DNA of 64,000 nt from Rhodosorus marinus CCMP1338 (lineage: Eukaryota; Plantae; Rhodophyta): positions 682,001 through 746,000 of the forward strand of contig JAMWBK010000004.1 of the NCBI GenBank assembly GCA_029953675.1, read 5' to 3'. Below, in pieces: positions 32,601 through 44,244 of this stretch. The notes under the pieces were generated by a model. The model did no database searches. It was not told where the DNA came from and was given only the letters and a program-made list of their open reading frames with translations. The stretch's first letter is position 1, and each line of letters opens with the position of its first letter. The position numbers were made by a program, and so were the translations under genes.

Positions 32601-34810
32601 CTTGAAAAATTCATCTTGAACACGTTTCAGCATCTGAGTAGTTGCTGTAATCTGCGTTCAAAGCTTTTTACTCCTCACCTTCCAAAGGTCTGGATGCTAT
32701 CCTGCTAAACTGGCTGACGTTCACCTTGTTAAAGACAACGGCAAACTTTACAGTTTAAGCTTAACCGTGAGAAAATACCGCAGCACTTCCTTGTTTGCTC
32801 CCAACCGAAACTGGGCAAAGGGCATTGAGAAACAACAAGGTTAGCTCATCTTTGGATGACGATACATCAATTAGAGACGGACAAAATCAATTTAACCAGA
32901 GGCTAAGGTCCTCTATCCTCATACCTCTACCGGCTTAAGTGAATTTCGTAAAGAATTTACCCAGGCGCCAGCTAGTCCATTCGTACGGGTTCGGTCCACT
33001 ACCGTACTTTTAGCTTTGAGGAGGGAGGGAGATGGTTTTACTCAGGTGCTAGGTGGGCAAAAGTTGGTTAGGAGCACCGTGAACAATCCTTGGAAAAGTT
33101 CTGAAAATTGTGTGTCGACGCTCTATCTGAGGACTAAGCACAATGGAGCCCGCCGGGTTCAGACGCATCCCTGATGAGAGTAAGAATTAATTAGGGGCGT
33201 TAAATTCGAGCTATTTTTGTTCCTCCTCAGTGCTCGAAAAACACGCTCATGGCTACTTTGTGGGTATTCTCTCCATGTCAATCGATGCAGTTGGCTACCC
33301 CCCCTAAGTCTTTCAACTTTTCCTGGCAGGCGGTCCGCAATTGTGGTTTTTTTTCTTTTCGTTTCTCAGAGTCAATCTCACTTTTGGTGGGATTTCACTC
33401 CTTCTAAGACCAGGTGGCAAAGCGAGTCAGGACAGGAGTACAGGAAATATTTACTTATCATCGACATCGGAATTTACCCACTGCTGATACAATCGGTCTC
33501 CAGCAAGCCCGGCTGCTCCTTTGCAATCGCCGTCCAGGCGACAGACAAGAAAGGTGAACGGCTTTGGGACAAGGAAGCAGTTTGAAATCCCTCAGAAAAT
33601 CTCTGCATTCCACATCCTTCCTCAGTGCTCTAAACAGCCGGGCCGTTGATGTGTAAGAGCTTCCCCTGAGATTTCACTTCTCTAATCTGCACATGGCCAT
33701 AGTGGGGATCCGTTGTTCCTGGCACCCCCCGTTGGAAACGAGCGTTTTGACGGACAGACTTCATCCTCAAATGGCGAACCTGATTCGGTCCCTTAGTAAT
33801 ACTTCAAGCAAAACGGTTTTGCGCGAAGCTTTTGTAACAGGAAGAAAACCCTTGAGAAAGCTTAGGGCGAACTGCTTTGCAAGTCGTTGTCGAGCAACAA
33901 CCTGATACAATAGTTGACGAAGATGCTCGCTCGCTTCTCCAAAGATATGGCTATCCAAACCCGCGAGTTGCAGGCAATTGCAAACCACAGTGGAATTTTT
34001 TTTGTTTTGGCTCCTTGTTGGTGCACTGTTCGAGATCCTCCATTGCCAAAAAAGCTCCGCACCGGAGTTGCAAAGTAGCCGTCGATGACATTCAGAACGC
34101 GAGATTTTTTTCAGCGATCGGGTATTGAGACTGAAACGGGGATGGAGGATTAATCCCCAGTCTTTTAGATATGGACGGGTCCTTGTCTATGGCGATATGA
34201 TTGAGGATTCAATATTGTTACTCAAAAGTGCAAGAAAATTGGCGCTCCTCTGGCGGAACTACACCAGACCAAGACAAATTTTTGGCCAACACCTACTTTG
34301 CAATGGGGCGAAGAAGATCTTAGCTTAGTGGGCCCGGTGACCGTATAGAACAAAAAAATTCATCCTCCCCTGAAGACAATGAGGCTGTTGGGTTATCTTG
34401 TTTAGCTTTCCGCATGTTTTTTGTTTCATTCTCACCACAAAAAGAAAAAAAAAGGGAGGGGACAAGCTCGCCTCTGGAGGGAACCAGGGAGCGAGGGGGG
34501 TTGTCCACTTCTTTGTTAGCGCTTGTATTGAAAGCGACTGATTCTCACTCCAAACTATTGACCTGTAAGAAAAGTCCTGGTCTGGGAACGTAGCCGGTTC
34601 TCTCAAGGTTTCGCTCTAGATATGGATCGATCTAGCGGCACTTTTTGATCTGGCAAGAAAGCAGGGCAAAAGGACAAGAATCGACTGTGGTTCTGGGTTT
34701 TGGAGCTCGACTACGGCCTAGGGCGTCTTTCAGAACCCGAATGGAAAATATTGAGATACGCCTCTAAGCTGTAGAGATACAAGCAGTGTAGAAAACTGGA
34801 TTTGGATAGC

Positions 34811-34817
34811 TATATAA
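34811..34817 (+). promoter_or_regulatory. Putative TATA box of Cys-rich gene 3
   Basis: TATATAA 124 bp upstream of the ATG at 34935. Confidence 0.55.
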
Positions 34818-34934
34818 GGGTAGAAAAGCTGGCTGGTAAGGAGGGGAGTTGGAAGAGTCAGTCAAGCAGGAGGATAAGGCGAAGGGTGGGAAAAAGAGTA
34901 TTATCTTCAGAAGAACTCAGACTGTGATTGCACA

Positions 34935-35876
34935 ATGAGAGCTGCGTACATCAGTGTACTGGTGCTTGCACTGGTCGGGGCGGCCATTGCCAGCGAGCCC
35001 CCAACGTGCAAGGACCAAGTGGTCCCTGGTATCATGACCATTAAGGAAAAGAACTGCAGTGCCAATAAGAACTGCAGCCAGTGCTGTAACGAGTACTGCG
35101 AGATTGAGACCTGCAACAACTGCGATGAGGACTGCCCTGAACGAAAGTGCCAAAAACCAAAGGTTTGGGAGTTCTACGTTGACGTCACGTGCAACATTGA
35201 CGACTACTGGAATGTGGAGTGCATCGTTTGCGACTGCCCTGCCGACAAATGGGAGTGGGATTATGTCGCTGAGGTACTTCAGGAGAAACTCAAGTGGGAG
35301 CTTCTTGAATCGAACCACTGCAAGATGGCGAAGATGATCAACAGTTTCAAGCTTTCTTGCGGAATCTCTACCAAGAAATGGGATTCTAATGGTGATGCGG
35401 CCGCTGTCGATACTGCAACTTCACCGGTCACCTGGCCATGGGGTTTCCCCTTCCAGTGCAAGAACGAGAATTGGAAGTGCATTTTCACCGACCGCAGTTT
35501 CCCTGGTGTTCACATCAAGATCCAGAAGAAGTGCAAGCTTTTCCCAGGCGCCAAGTGCATCTCGAAGTTCAAGAAGACCGATACTGCATGCGAATACTGC
35601 GACAAAGAAAACGACGCCTCCTGGATTCGCTTTGGCAAGGTTATCTCTATCCACAAGTACTGCGAGAACAAGGACGGATATTGCAAGAAACTCAAGCCCG
35701 ACATCTGGGTTCGCATTCCGAAATGTACCGAGATCTGTCTGCATGCCGACTTTGGAGAAAGCTGCGATTACTGCACTGACATCTGGGGCGCGAAGACGAA
35801 GAGGACGCCACCTCTCTGTGTTCCTAAGGATCTCAACCCTGCTCTGTACAAGAACAATTGTGGTGGAGGTCATTAA
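34935..35876 (+). CDS. Secreted Cys-rich protein, paralog 3 (30 Cys; unknown family)
   Basis: Signal peptide MRAAYISVLVLALVGAAIA. Motifs DVTCNIDDYWNVECIVCDCP, FPFQCK, IFTDRSF and TPPLC. Confidence 0.92.
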   Translation: MRAAYISVLVLALVGAAIASEPPTCKDQVVPGIMTIKEKNCSANKNCSQCCNEYCEIETCNNCDEDCPERKCQKPKVWEFYVDVTCNIDDYWNVECIVCDCPADKWEWDYVAEVLQEKLKWELLESNHCKMAKMINSFKLSCGISTKKWDSNGDAAAVDTATSPVTWPWGFPFQCKNENWKCIFTDRSFPGVHIKIQKKCKLFPGAKCISKFKKTDTACEYCDKENDASWIRFGKVISIHKYCENKDGYCKKLKPDIWVRIPKCTEICLHADFGESCDYCTDIWGAKTKRTPPLCVPKDLNPALYKNNCGGGH

Positions 35877-36779
35877 TAAAACCGCCGCCACGCTTATCAG
35901 ATCTCTCCTTATAGGATCTATCGTAGTGCTTCCTAGTACGTGCTTCAATAAAGATCGGAAAGAGACAATTGATGGCTTTCGTATAAACATGTTTCCAGTG
36001 AAGAAAACAGTCACGGTCGACGCTTCTGATTCTGAATCCAACCCCGGCTCAGACCAGTACAACTAAAGGCAACCGTAAAAACAGTGAAGCGGGTTTGTAA
36101 CTCGCGCATGGTTATGCACTTTTTACAGTGGTGGTTGTAATAAGACCTGCTCACGGCTCACTTGTTTGCCATGGCCGTGTCGCTTTATCTTCTAAAAAGA
36201 TGCGCTTTTGTCGGGTTATGTGCCCTGGCTACCCTCTGTGTACGATCGCGTTTAGCTGTCCTGAGCGGAGCATGGATTTCCTTGTGGTCGTATCCTTACC
36301 CTCTCCCCCATGTTCTAACTTCCTTAGCCAGCGCAGGAAGTGCATTTCTCTCCACAGTCCGCGTACATGCGGATATCGGTACATTTTAGACTGCCTCTAA
36401 CTCGAAATACGACCTGCATAGCACATTAAGGCTCACGAGTTTTCAGGCCGATGTGTTTGCATGGACAGCTGTCCTTAAGCACCCTGTGCTTAGTATCAAA
36501 GATTTAACTGCCTACGCAATATATGAATGATAAAACATGTACAAAAGGTAAAATAGATTTGTTTATTGTATAAAAATACTCAAAGTACGATATTAAGCGG
36601 TCAGAAATACGGTGCGAATGGAACAATAAAACCCAGCAATTCTGGCTAATCACAAATCTGCTTCTAGTGAAGAAATTTATCAGTTATATTTTAGTCTCCC
36701 GATGAATTGAAAGTGTTCGAGCTTCTCGATAGAATCAGAATGGTTTTTATATATTTTGGGCAGGTGAAATGTACAAGTA

Positions 36780-37120
36780 TTGATTTTGAAGCGGAATCGT
36801 GGGCTGATGGTGGCTAACTTGTTTGAAGTGGCTCGACTCGCCGGGTTTGAACATGACTATAACGCTAACTGTAAACTTTACTGCGTACACTGCCTAGCGC
36901 ACAGTGCAACACTAGTTCTATCACTATCTAAGGAAAATGATCGGACTTACCCCGCAACCCGGGCTCTCTAGCCACGATAAAAGAAAAATAAGGTACGATG
37001 GCTGGTCCGACTGATCCACACGCAAAGCCCCTCAGGCAAGCTCTGCGTTCCCCGCCCAAAGTGTTCTGTTGATTTGAGCGCTCACGTTTCTCGGCTCGTA
37101 CTACTTGGTCAGCATGTGAC
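36780..37120 (+). mobile_element. Possible decayed hAT transposase fragment
   Basis: HCLAHSATLVL resembles the hAT CxAHxLNL motif. A broken DG(G/A)xNL-like segment lies ~28 codons upstream and an SRFS.SYYL (TRWxSxY-like) segment lies downstream in shifted frames. Confidence 0.35.
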
Positions 37121-38094
37121 CACAGCCTTTTCGCAGAAAATCATGGATCATTTAGCCAGTCTTCCGGAAGGTTTCTATGGCAATCGAAATCAGTTTGTCA
37201 TCTGGGTGCTCTGTCGCCATTGCCTCCTTATAGTGGGCAACCGGATCAGGTCGTAGATTTGAGTTCGTGAAGTAGTCTGTAGGTTCTTGCTTAATATTCC
37301 TGAACTGCCATCTGTTAAACCATCTCGATGGTTCGGTACAGATCGCGTCATGTCTGCGTTACCAGAACCCGTCGAGATCTGACAGTAATGGAAATCTTTG
37401 TACGTCATGTGTATGATGTTTACCATTGCAGGTAGTACATCGCTCGGTCGTTCCCAGTACCGGAATCGGGAGTCCCAGCATTTGTCTGATATTGAGGTGC
37501 CCGTCTGGTTGGCTCAATTTTCGTGGTCCGAAATAGCGGAAATCGCGTTGCAGCAGACACCCGAACCAGCTCGCGCAGCAGAGTTCTGGTGCCGTGTTCG
37601 GGGTCTATCGTCGGGTCCCTGACCAGCCGGGTGAAGCAGCTTGGTGAACCTCTCTCGAGATGGTGTGTTGTACTGAACCATGTTTCAGTTCGGGCTGGTC
37701 AGGAATGTGTTGTTCGGTACGAACGGTTGTCAGGTGTGTAGGGCATGCAAATCTGCGAATGCCGGGGGAAGTTTCCGGTGTCATTCTCCGCTTGATATCA
37801 GTACTCGCATCTAGAATTTGGTAGTGGAGGTCGCAAGTGGAACTTGGCAGGCATCGGGAATGGTTGAGGGGTAGTGTAGCAGCTTTGAGGGTCCCTTCGA
37901 AGATGCCTTGTCAGGTACGGCCAGTAGCCATGATTAGCTCCGAACAGTTGCATCCAACCCGCGTAGAAGGAGATGGGTTGGCTGCGCCTTCTTGTGCAGA
38001 ATCCTAGTCCTGCCCATGCGGGGAGGGCAACCTGCTGCAGGCAGGGTGTGTGCCATCAGGATCGTCCGCATTAGTTGTTAGTAGACAGCCGAGC

Positions 38095-40530
38095 AGGCGT
38101 GAAAAACGGCACAGGGAAGAAAAAAGACTAAGCGCGGCGAAGATCGCGCGCCTCCAACATCAAAGCAGCCTTCATCGCCCAGCAAGAGACTTAAGCGGGT
38201 AAACAACGAGGGTAGACGGTCAGGGCGCTCGCGGACCAGTTCTCGAAGCCAACGAGAACCAACGGAGTCCATAAACCCAAAGCACTCAGTGGCCAGAGGT
38301 ACCAGGCGATGAGCTAGAGCCGAAGCACGAATGCCCGGGGAGACAAGGCCCCCACATATTTCAACTCTTTGCGACGTCTCATATTGGCAGCGGCAAATCC
38401 ACGGCGCTCTCCTCAGCCGTCAAATAGCGACCAACCTGAGGATTAGTAACAGCAAGATCAACGTACTTCGTACGGCGGCTATCGTCAGGGGTGACCACGA
38501 GGTCATCCACGCGACGTTCATCATTCTGGTAGTCTGCGACAGGCAGGGGCTTCTCACGTTCAATTTCAAGACCGGCTTGCCGTACGATAAATCGAAGTTC
38601 GAGGTATAACAGGTTCAAGGTCAACGTATGTCGTCGGGTTCGGGCGCCTTTCACGGCGGGGCAGCTGGCGAGTAGGTGGGCGCCAAAATCCGCGGTATCT
38701 TCGTTCTGAGAGCATAGAGGGCACGGCGAACTCATCTCGGAAGGCCAGGGCGGCTGATGCAAACCGAGTTATAAACGTAGAGAAGTGTGCACTTCGAAAT
38801 CTGTCAGTGTGAGTGGCGGAAAAGCGGGGGCGCTCATGAACCGCTGTGAGCTTATACACCCTCCAAGACTACGCAGCCGGGCGCGATCTCCGGAAGATGA
38901 GACCATCTGCGGCGTCTAGTAGGGTCAGGGTAGCGGCTTCGCTTGCTATCTTCGTCCAAATTGGCAGACCAGAGTCCGGAGCGTAATAGTCCAGCCTAGT
39001 TTCCGAGCAGTATCAAAACAGGACAACTTGCGTGTTACGTTCTTCGGGTGGAGGTGAGATATCTCCTTCTCCAAAACTGCAGGTTCGTTTTAGAGGTTCC
39101 GCATCACTTCCTCCACATGGTTCCTGGTGCCGATCGGGATGGAGTGAATAGTAACTCCTTCCCCGGAAACATTGAGATCCGCCATGTGGCTGGTAACTAG
39201 CCGAGGCGAGGCAATGTGGTAGCGAAAGAAGGCGCACTTATGAGGCTGGAGTTGTGCCCCAATAGTGAGCAGGTACTCTGACTCCACAGTACGGCAGCTT
39301 TTACGTAATCCAGAGACCCACGAGCGTAATATCAGCACGTATAGCAACAGTAGTCAGCTCGGCGTGTTTCTGGCGCAACGCTTGGGAAGGCGCCAATGAG
39401 AGGGCGTGCATTGCAGTTCCAAAATGGTATCCTTGCTTTAATCCGGTCTTCGCTTGTATATGGAGTCGATCCGGGTGCAGGCTGCGATCTGTCGCTTTGG
39501 ATGCCAGCCGAGGAGCCTAGGCGAGTCCTCACAGTCACTGCCATATCCCAGCCTGTAGATGGCTACCAGTCCAGGGTAGTACTGGTTGAGTAGTAGCTTA
39601 GCGATGCGCCGATGAAGCGATTGAATAGATTCGAGAGGTCGAGTCGAAGGACTGCCGATTGTGGTTCGCAGTATAGATGAGCTCGCAGTGCATGCACGGA
39701 CCGTTCGCAACCTCCACTGACAGCAAGGCCAAGTTTCAGGGGTACGAGGAGCTCTAGAAGTCGTGTCAGTGGACCAAGTACCCGCTGGGTCGTCAGCTCC
39801 CGGAGGACCTCAGGAGCGCCGAACGGTCGAACACGGCGGGGTTCGTATGAGAGGGGCCTGTAGTACAGGGCTTGACGAAAGGCAGGGGCCTGCTGCTGCG
39901 TAGAGCCCGTATTAGGAATTCCGGGAGCCGCTTGGGAGCTGTGGCCAGTTTGTCTCAGGAACCGTACGAGGTGCGATTGTACACATGGTCTGAGATCTTC
40001 CGCCCGGAGCCCAATGGATCCAAGACACGTGTCCTTGGGAAAAGTCAAAAGCCAATTTTTACTTATTCTTATCAATTTTCTTAATTTGCGAATCTAGACT
40101 CGTCAGCAGCTTCACTGGTGAGCCACCTCCCCCTGAGTTTGGCGTTGTCCCGTGCAAGTAACTACTCTGAAGGGCTTTCTGTGGAGAGGTGATGTCTGCA
40201 GGGTCTGGAAAGAGGCCTTCGAGCTGAATCCAGGTGTGAGCGTTACATTTGCAAGTTGCGCAGGCCGTGAGGCGATGTGCGGGGGCTCATCCGAAGCAAC
40301 GACAGCCTCATGGTCTACCTGTACGGCCCCGTCCGGGGACCGGGCGGACCGGTCGATATTGCCACCGGCTAGAAGTTAGATGAGACCCCTGGACAGGGAG
40401 TCAAGTGAGTTGGAGCGAACATAGAGTAGTGGTATTGCGCTGCGGTAGGTAGCTGCAGAATAAAAGCTACGGGGTCGAAGCTTGGGGGTCTGCGTGTGTA
40501 GCGGACGCAGACCCCACGGGTCTGCGCAGA
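38095..40530 (-). mobile_element. Decayed near-full-length CRE-like non-LTR retrotransposon, family B (RT + CCHC + RLE)
   Basis: In shifting frames: RPFGAPEVLRELT, LGLAVSGGCERSVHALR, VLRLDLSNLFNR, TGLKQGYHFGTAM (GVxQGD motif), AIRADITLVG (YxDD-like), ARLRSLGG, CPLC..HLLASC..RRH, ERRVDDLVV..YVDLAV..RRKELKY..ECFGFMDS. Many stops and frameshifts. Confidence 0.9.
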
Positions 40531-41430
40531 CTACAGCGCTAGAGAACGCGAAAACAAGAAGAAAATGTAAGGAACCCCCTGAACTAGGGCTGCTAACTAG
40601 ATTCTAAGCGAACAATACTGTTTGGTGACGAATCGTCTTAACCGCTGGGGAAGAGCAAGGTCTGCACCTTGGGAATGACAAATCAAGGCACGGACACGTA
40701 TACCAGCAAAAGTAAGTATTGGAGTAAAATGTAGGGTCGATGTTGGGAGTTTTACGGGTTGGAAGATGCGGGTTGTACTGGCATGGTTCACCAGGCCGTG
40801 GTCAAGCGCTAAAACTGGGATGATAGAAGCTCTGCATTCTAATGTAGGTCGTACAAAGCTCTACACATGTGTCGGATGACAAAGTACTAGAATAATGATG
40901 TAGCTCACGCTCAGGGGCCTTGAGAGCGACAGTATCTGCAAAGCATGGCTCCCACACCTCTAGCGATCGATGTTATGCTTTGTATTCCATATTCCACCGC
41001 GGACTATCAGTGCGTGCAATGCCAAAGTCCTGGAACAATGATATGGGAAACCGTCTACCCATCTGCTGGATAATATCGTTTCGCCCACTCCACGCGTCCT
41101 GGCACGCTCGGTGTGAGTTGTATTCTGGTATTGCCTCTACCCTAACGCGGATCGGTTCAGTTCAGCCGCCGAATTGGACGTCAGTCATCCGCGTTAGTTT
41201 ACTACCGGCCAGACTGCGCGAAATTCACCCGAAACCTGTCGCGCTGAGTTTGCTAAAGCCGCCATCCCATCATTGCCGGGCTTAAAATTCCTAGGGCCAA
41301 AAAAGCCACCTCGTTTCTCGCTTAGACCTGCACTAGCTCAATTTCTCCGATCAAAAAAAGAACAATAAGGACTATACACCACTTCATGCACTGATCGGCT
41401 TTTCCCTTCGTGGTATCTCCTAGCGCCTCT

Positions 41431-41737
41431 ACTGGACTTTACTGGACTTTACTAGCATAGCCTGAAGCGCTACGCAAGGCGTGAAGATGAACTAATAACT
41501 AGGGAGGCAAGCATGCAACCCCAGGCGCCGATGGCGCGCCTCGGAAAGCATGTCGCTGGAATATCGCCAAAGGGAGACACTTAAACGCCTCAAGAGCGCC
41601 AAATATTCAGTAGGATGCTCAGCAAAACATTTCCGCAACCACTCTAAACCCGACTTATCCACGTGACCAAAGCTTTCCACAATGAATGGCTGGAACCGGT
41701 GAGAGCGACCCTCAGGACTTTACTAGCATAGCCTGAA
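41431..41737 (-). mobile_element. Young 5'-truncated family A copy with a second 23-nt 3' terminus fused at its 5' end
   Basis: Tail ACTGGACTTT x2. The body differs from 53585-53850 at one position found by eye. GGACTTTACTAGCATAGCCTGAA is repeated at 41715-41737. Confidence 0.92.
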
Positions 41738-42492
41738 CCTTGAACCCAGCGGGGAGCCCGTTCCAAGAAAAACAGCACAAGCTCGACGACATGGCCGCAC
41801 TAGGAAGACCCCCCATCAGACTGATCAGGATCATAGGAAACCAACCCCCCCTCCTCCCTGTCAATCACTCAAGGTCTTCAAGCAAATGCCCCCACACCGA
41901 GCACTCACCCTCCTCCCTGATAACAAAAGACAGACTGTTCTACCAAGGAAAACGCATCGTCAGCACTCACCCTCCAAATGCATCCAATCATATACTTTAT
42001 GAACCAGATAATATCCAATCGAAGTCAAGCATTTTAACGACTATGAGTTAGCGGAAGACAATTCGTAAAACACATAGAATAAATCTTTATGACTCGTCCA
42101 AGCCAGAACAGTTTTCGTCATCCATTCGTCTATAATTATCTATTTAAAATTTGTTTTGAGGGAAGACTATATTAATTCTTAAATATGATTTAATATCATG
42201 TTCTGATTCGTGCAATCTAGAACATCTTTTTCGGAAACTTTGACAAGGATCAACTCGAGATTTGATTCGTAGAAGGGAGTTTCGGCTTGTTTTTGTATTC
42301 TGATAGTTTTAGAACCGTTGACATCCCGAGGAGAAATGCTGAGTGAGTTGCGAGAGATTCAGTCTTTTAGCAGGGCGAGTGCTGAGAAGAGGGAACTATG
42401 ATTGGGTCACGGGGACAGTTGGCGGGATTCTCTCTCTCTGATAGGGTAGACGTTGATGTCGAGGTAAATAATGATTATGATTTTGTTTTTGG

Positions 42493-42496
<4 letters not shown>

Positions 42497-42528
<32 letters not shown>

Positions 42529-42546
42529 TGTGTGTGTGTGTGTGTG
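42497..42546. repeat. Compound microsatellite (AG)n(TG)n
   Basis: About 14 AG units followed by about 10 TG units. Confidence 0.95.
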
Positions 42547-43711
42547 GGAGTGGAGGTCGGCTCCACGCTCACAGCGACGATGTGGTGAATGAGCAAAAAC
42601 TGGCTTGGCTGCTTTGAGGAGAAGGCTGTTGCGCGAGGACACGTACGGATGCCGTCTTGTAGAGCTCGATTCTATGCTAATTTGCTCTTGATCCGTGAGG
42701 TTCGGTGAGGGTACAGAGCTTCGTATCTGTCCCTACTTGGGGCCCTTTGGATCGCTGCGGTGGTAGTTGGGAAAGGTGAGCTCCTGCCAGTGCTTATCGA
42801 GAACGGAAGATTGTACAGTGGGACCTTGATTGCAAGTTTCTAGTCGGGTTGGAATGGACGCGGCCATTGAGCATCTAGAATCACCCATTGGCGTCGGGAC
42901 GTTGCACCAAGATACTGAAGACTCGCATCTATTGAGGAAAGCGTTTTGTGCCCGGCTTGCCCATGGCTACAACCGGAAAACGGCATGCCAATCCCACGCT
43001 CGCCTCAAAAGTTTGTCCTTTTTTACTGCAAGAAGTGAACGCTGAACTTTTAGAGCTCTGGAGTTGACACGAAGGTGCTCGATCTGAACGACGCACATTT
43101 AACGATAATTAGGCGTCCAACCCCGTACAGCTGGGTGTATGGTCGCAAACTGTCATCTTGTAGCCACCGAAACCCAAAACTAAAATTTCTCGTTCTGGGA
43201 AAACGAAATTCCTCATAGATTGATCCACAATCTCTCATGTACAGTTCACCGGCTTGTAAATGCAGCAGCCATTGGCCATCCATATCTGTGCCTTGGCGGG
43301 CAAGCCAAAAACCAAGTAGGATAGTACATAATTCCCATCACGGCCCGGATTAAGGGACCTGGTCGTCAACCCCTAGCCCGTCAATCCGTTCCTTGAATCC
43401 CTCTCACATCCCTTCAAAGCGTCTAGTCAATCCAAGGTAGCCATCTACTCCTCTCAATGTCCGCACCCCCCTCTTCGCGCCCCGGAAAATACCGGCTGCC
43501 AAGTCAGGTTGTCAGCCAAAATTGCGCGTTGAATGCTCCTTCGTCAAGGCCACCAAGAAAAACAATCAGAGAGACAGAGAGAGAGAGAACGCCTTCTGCA
43601 CCCTGACGATAGAGTAGGTAAACACGAGTAAAGGTGTAATCAAGAACAGCCCACCTTCTCCTTCAAGGGAAACAATCAATTAAAATGGAGAAAAAAACCA
43701 CCACCACAACG

Positions 43712-43745
43712 GGAACAGGATCCCCTTCACAAAGGATCCTGTTCC
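43712..43745. other. Perfect 12-bp hairpin
   Basis: GGAACAGGATCC-ccttcacaaa-GGATCCTGTTCC. Confidence 0.8.
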
Positions 43746-44244
43746 ATCGGTATTTGTTCTTGTTTATTTTTGCATGGCCTCCCCCTCATTTCTCGCTCAG
43801 TAATAACGTTCAGAACAAAACCAATTTCCGATGACAACGATCATCTTCTGCATAACTCATGTCTGTCTGCCTCTCTCTATCTCTCTGTCGCTCTGTGCTC
43901 TTCAAGGCTTACAGCTGAAAGGCTTGCCTTCTGGACGAAATTTCCTTAACAATTGATTTGTCAACAAAATATATTTATATTAAATTATTTTGATGATATT
44001 GGAGATATTTTAATATCATTGGACCAACTAATTGCAGATCTTATTTTTTAATGAGCTTTTTTGGTGTTGGAGAGCTCGGATGAGAATAGAGTTATGAGTA
44101 TTTAGAGGGGACCTATTGAGGGGTCTGGGGGTTGAGGATGTGGATGTTGGACTTGCAGGAGAAGACACTAGAGATCTATAAAGAGGCTTTGCTACATTAG
44201 GCTAGGATTTTTTATAGTTTCTTCTTCTTTTTTTCTGAGCAGCA

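Noticed and set aside
41142-41197. 11-bp inverted repeat CTAACGCGGAT / ATCCGCGTTAG
   Set aside because: With a 34-nt spacer, about one such match is expected by chance in 64 kb.
41431-41450. ACTGGACTTT repeats as a telomere repeat or telomeric target
   Set aside because: Only 1-2 units, always attached to family A ends at internal sites, and no G-rich strand. Better explained as the element's tail.
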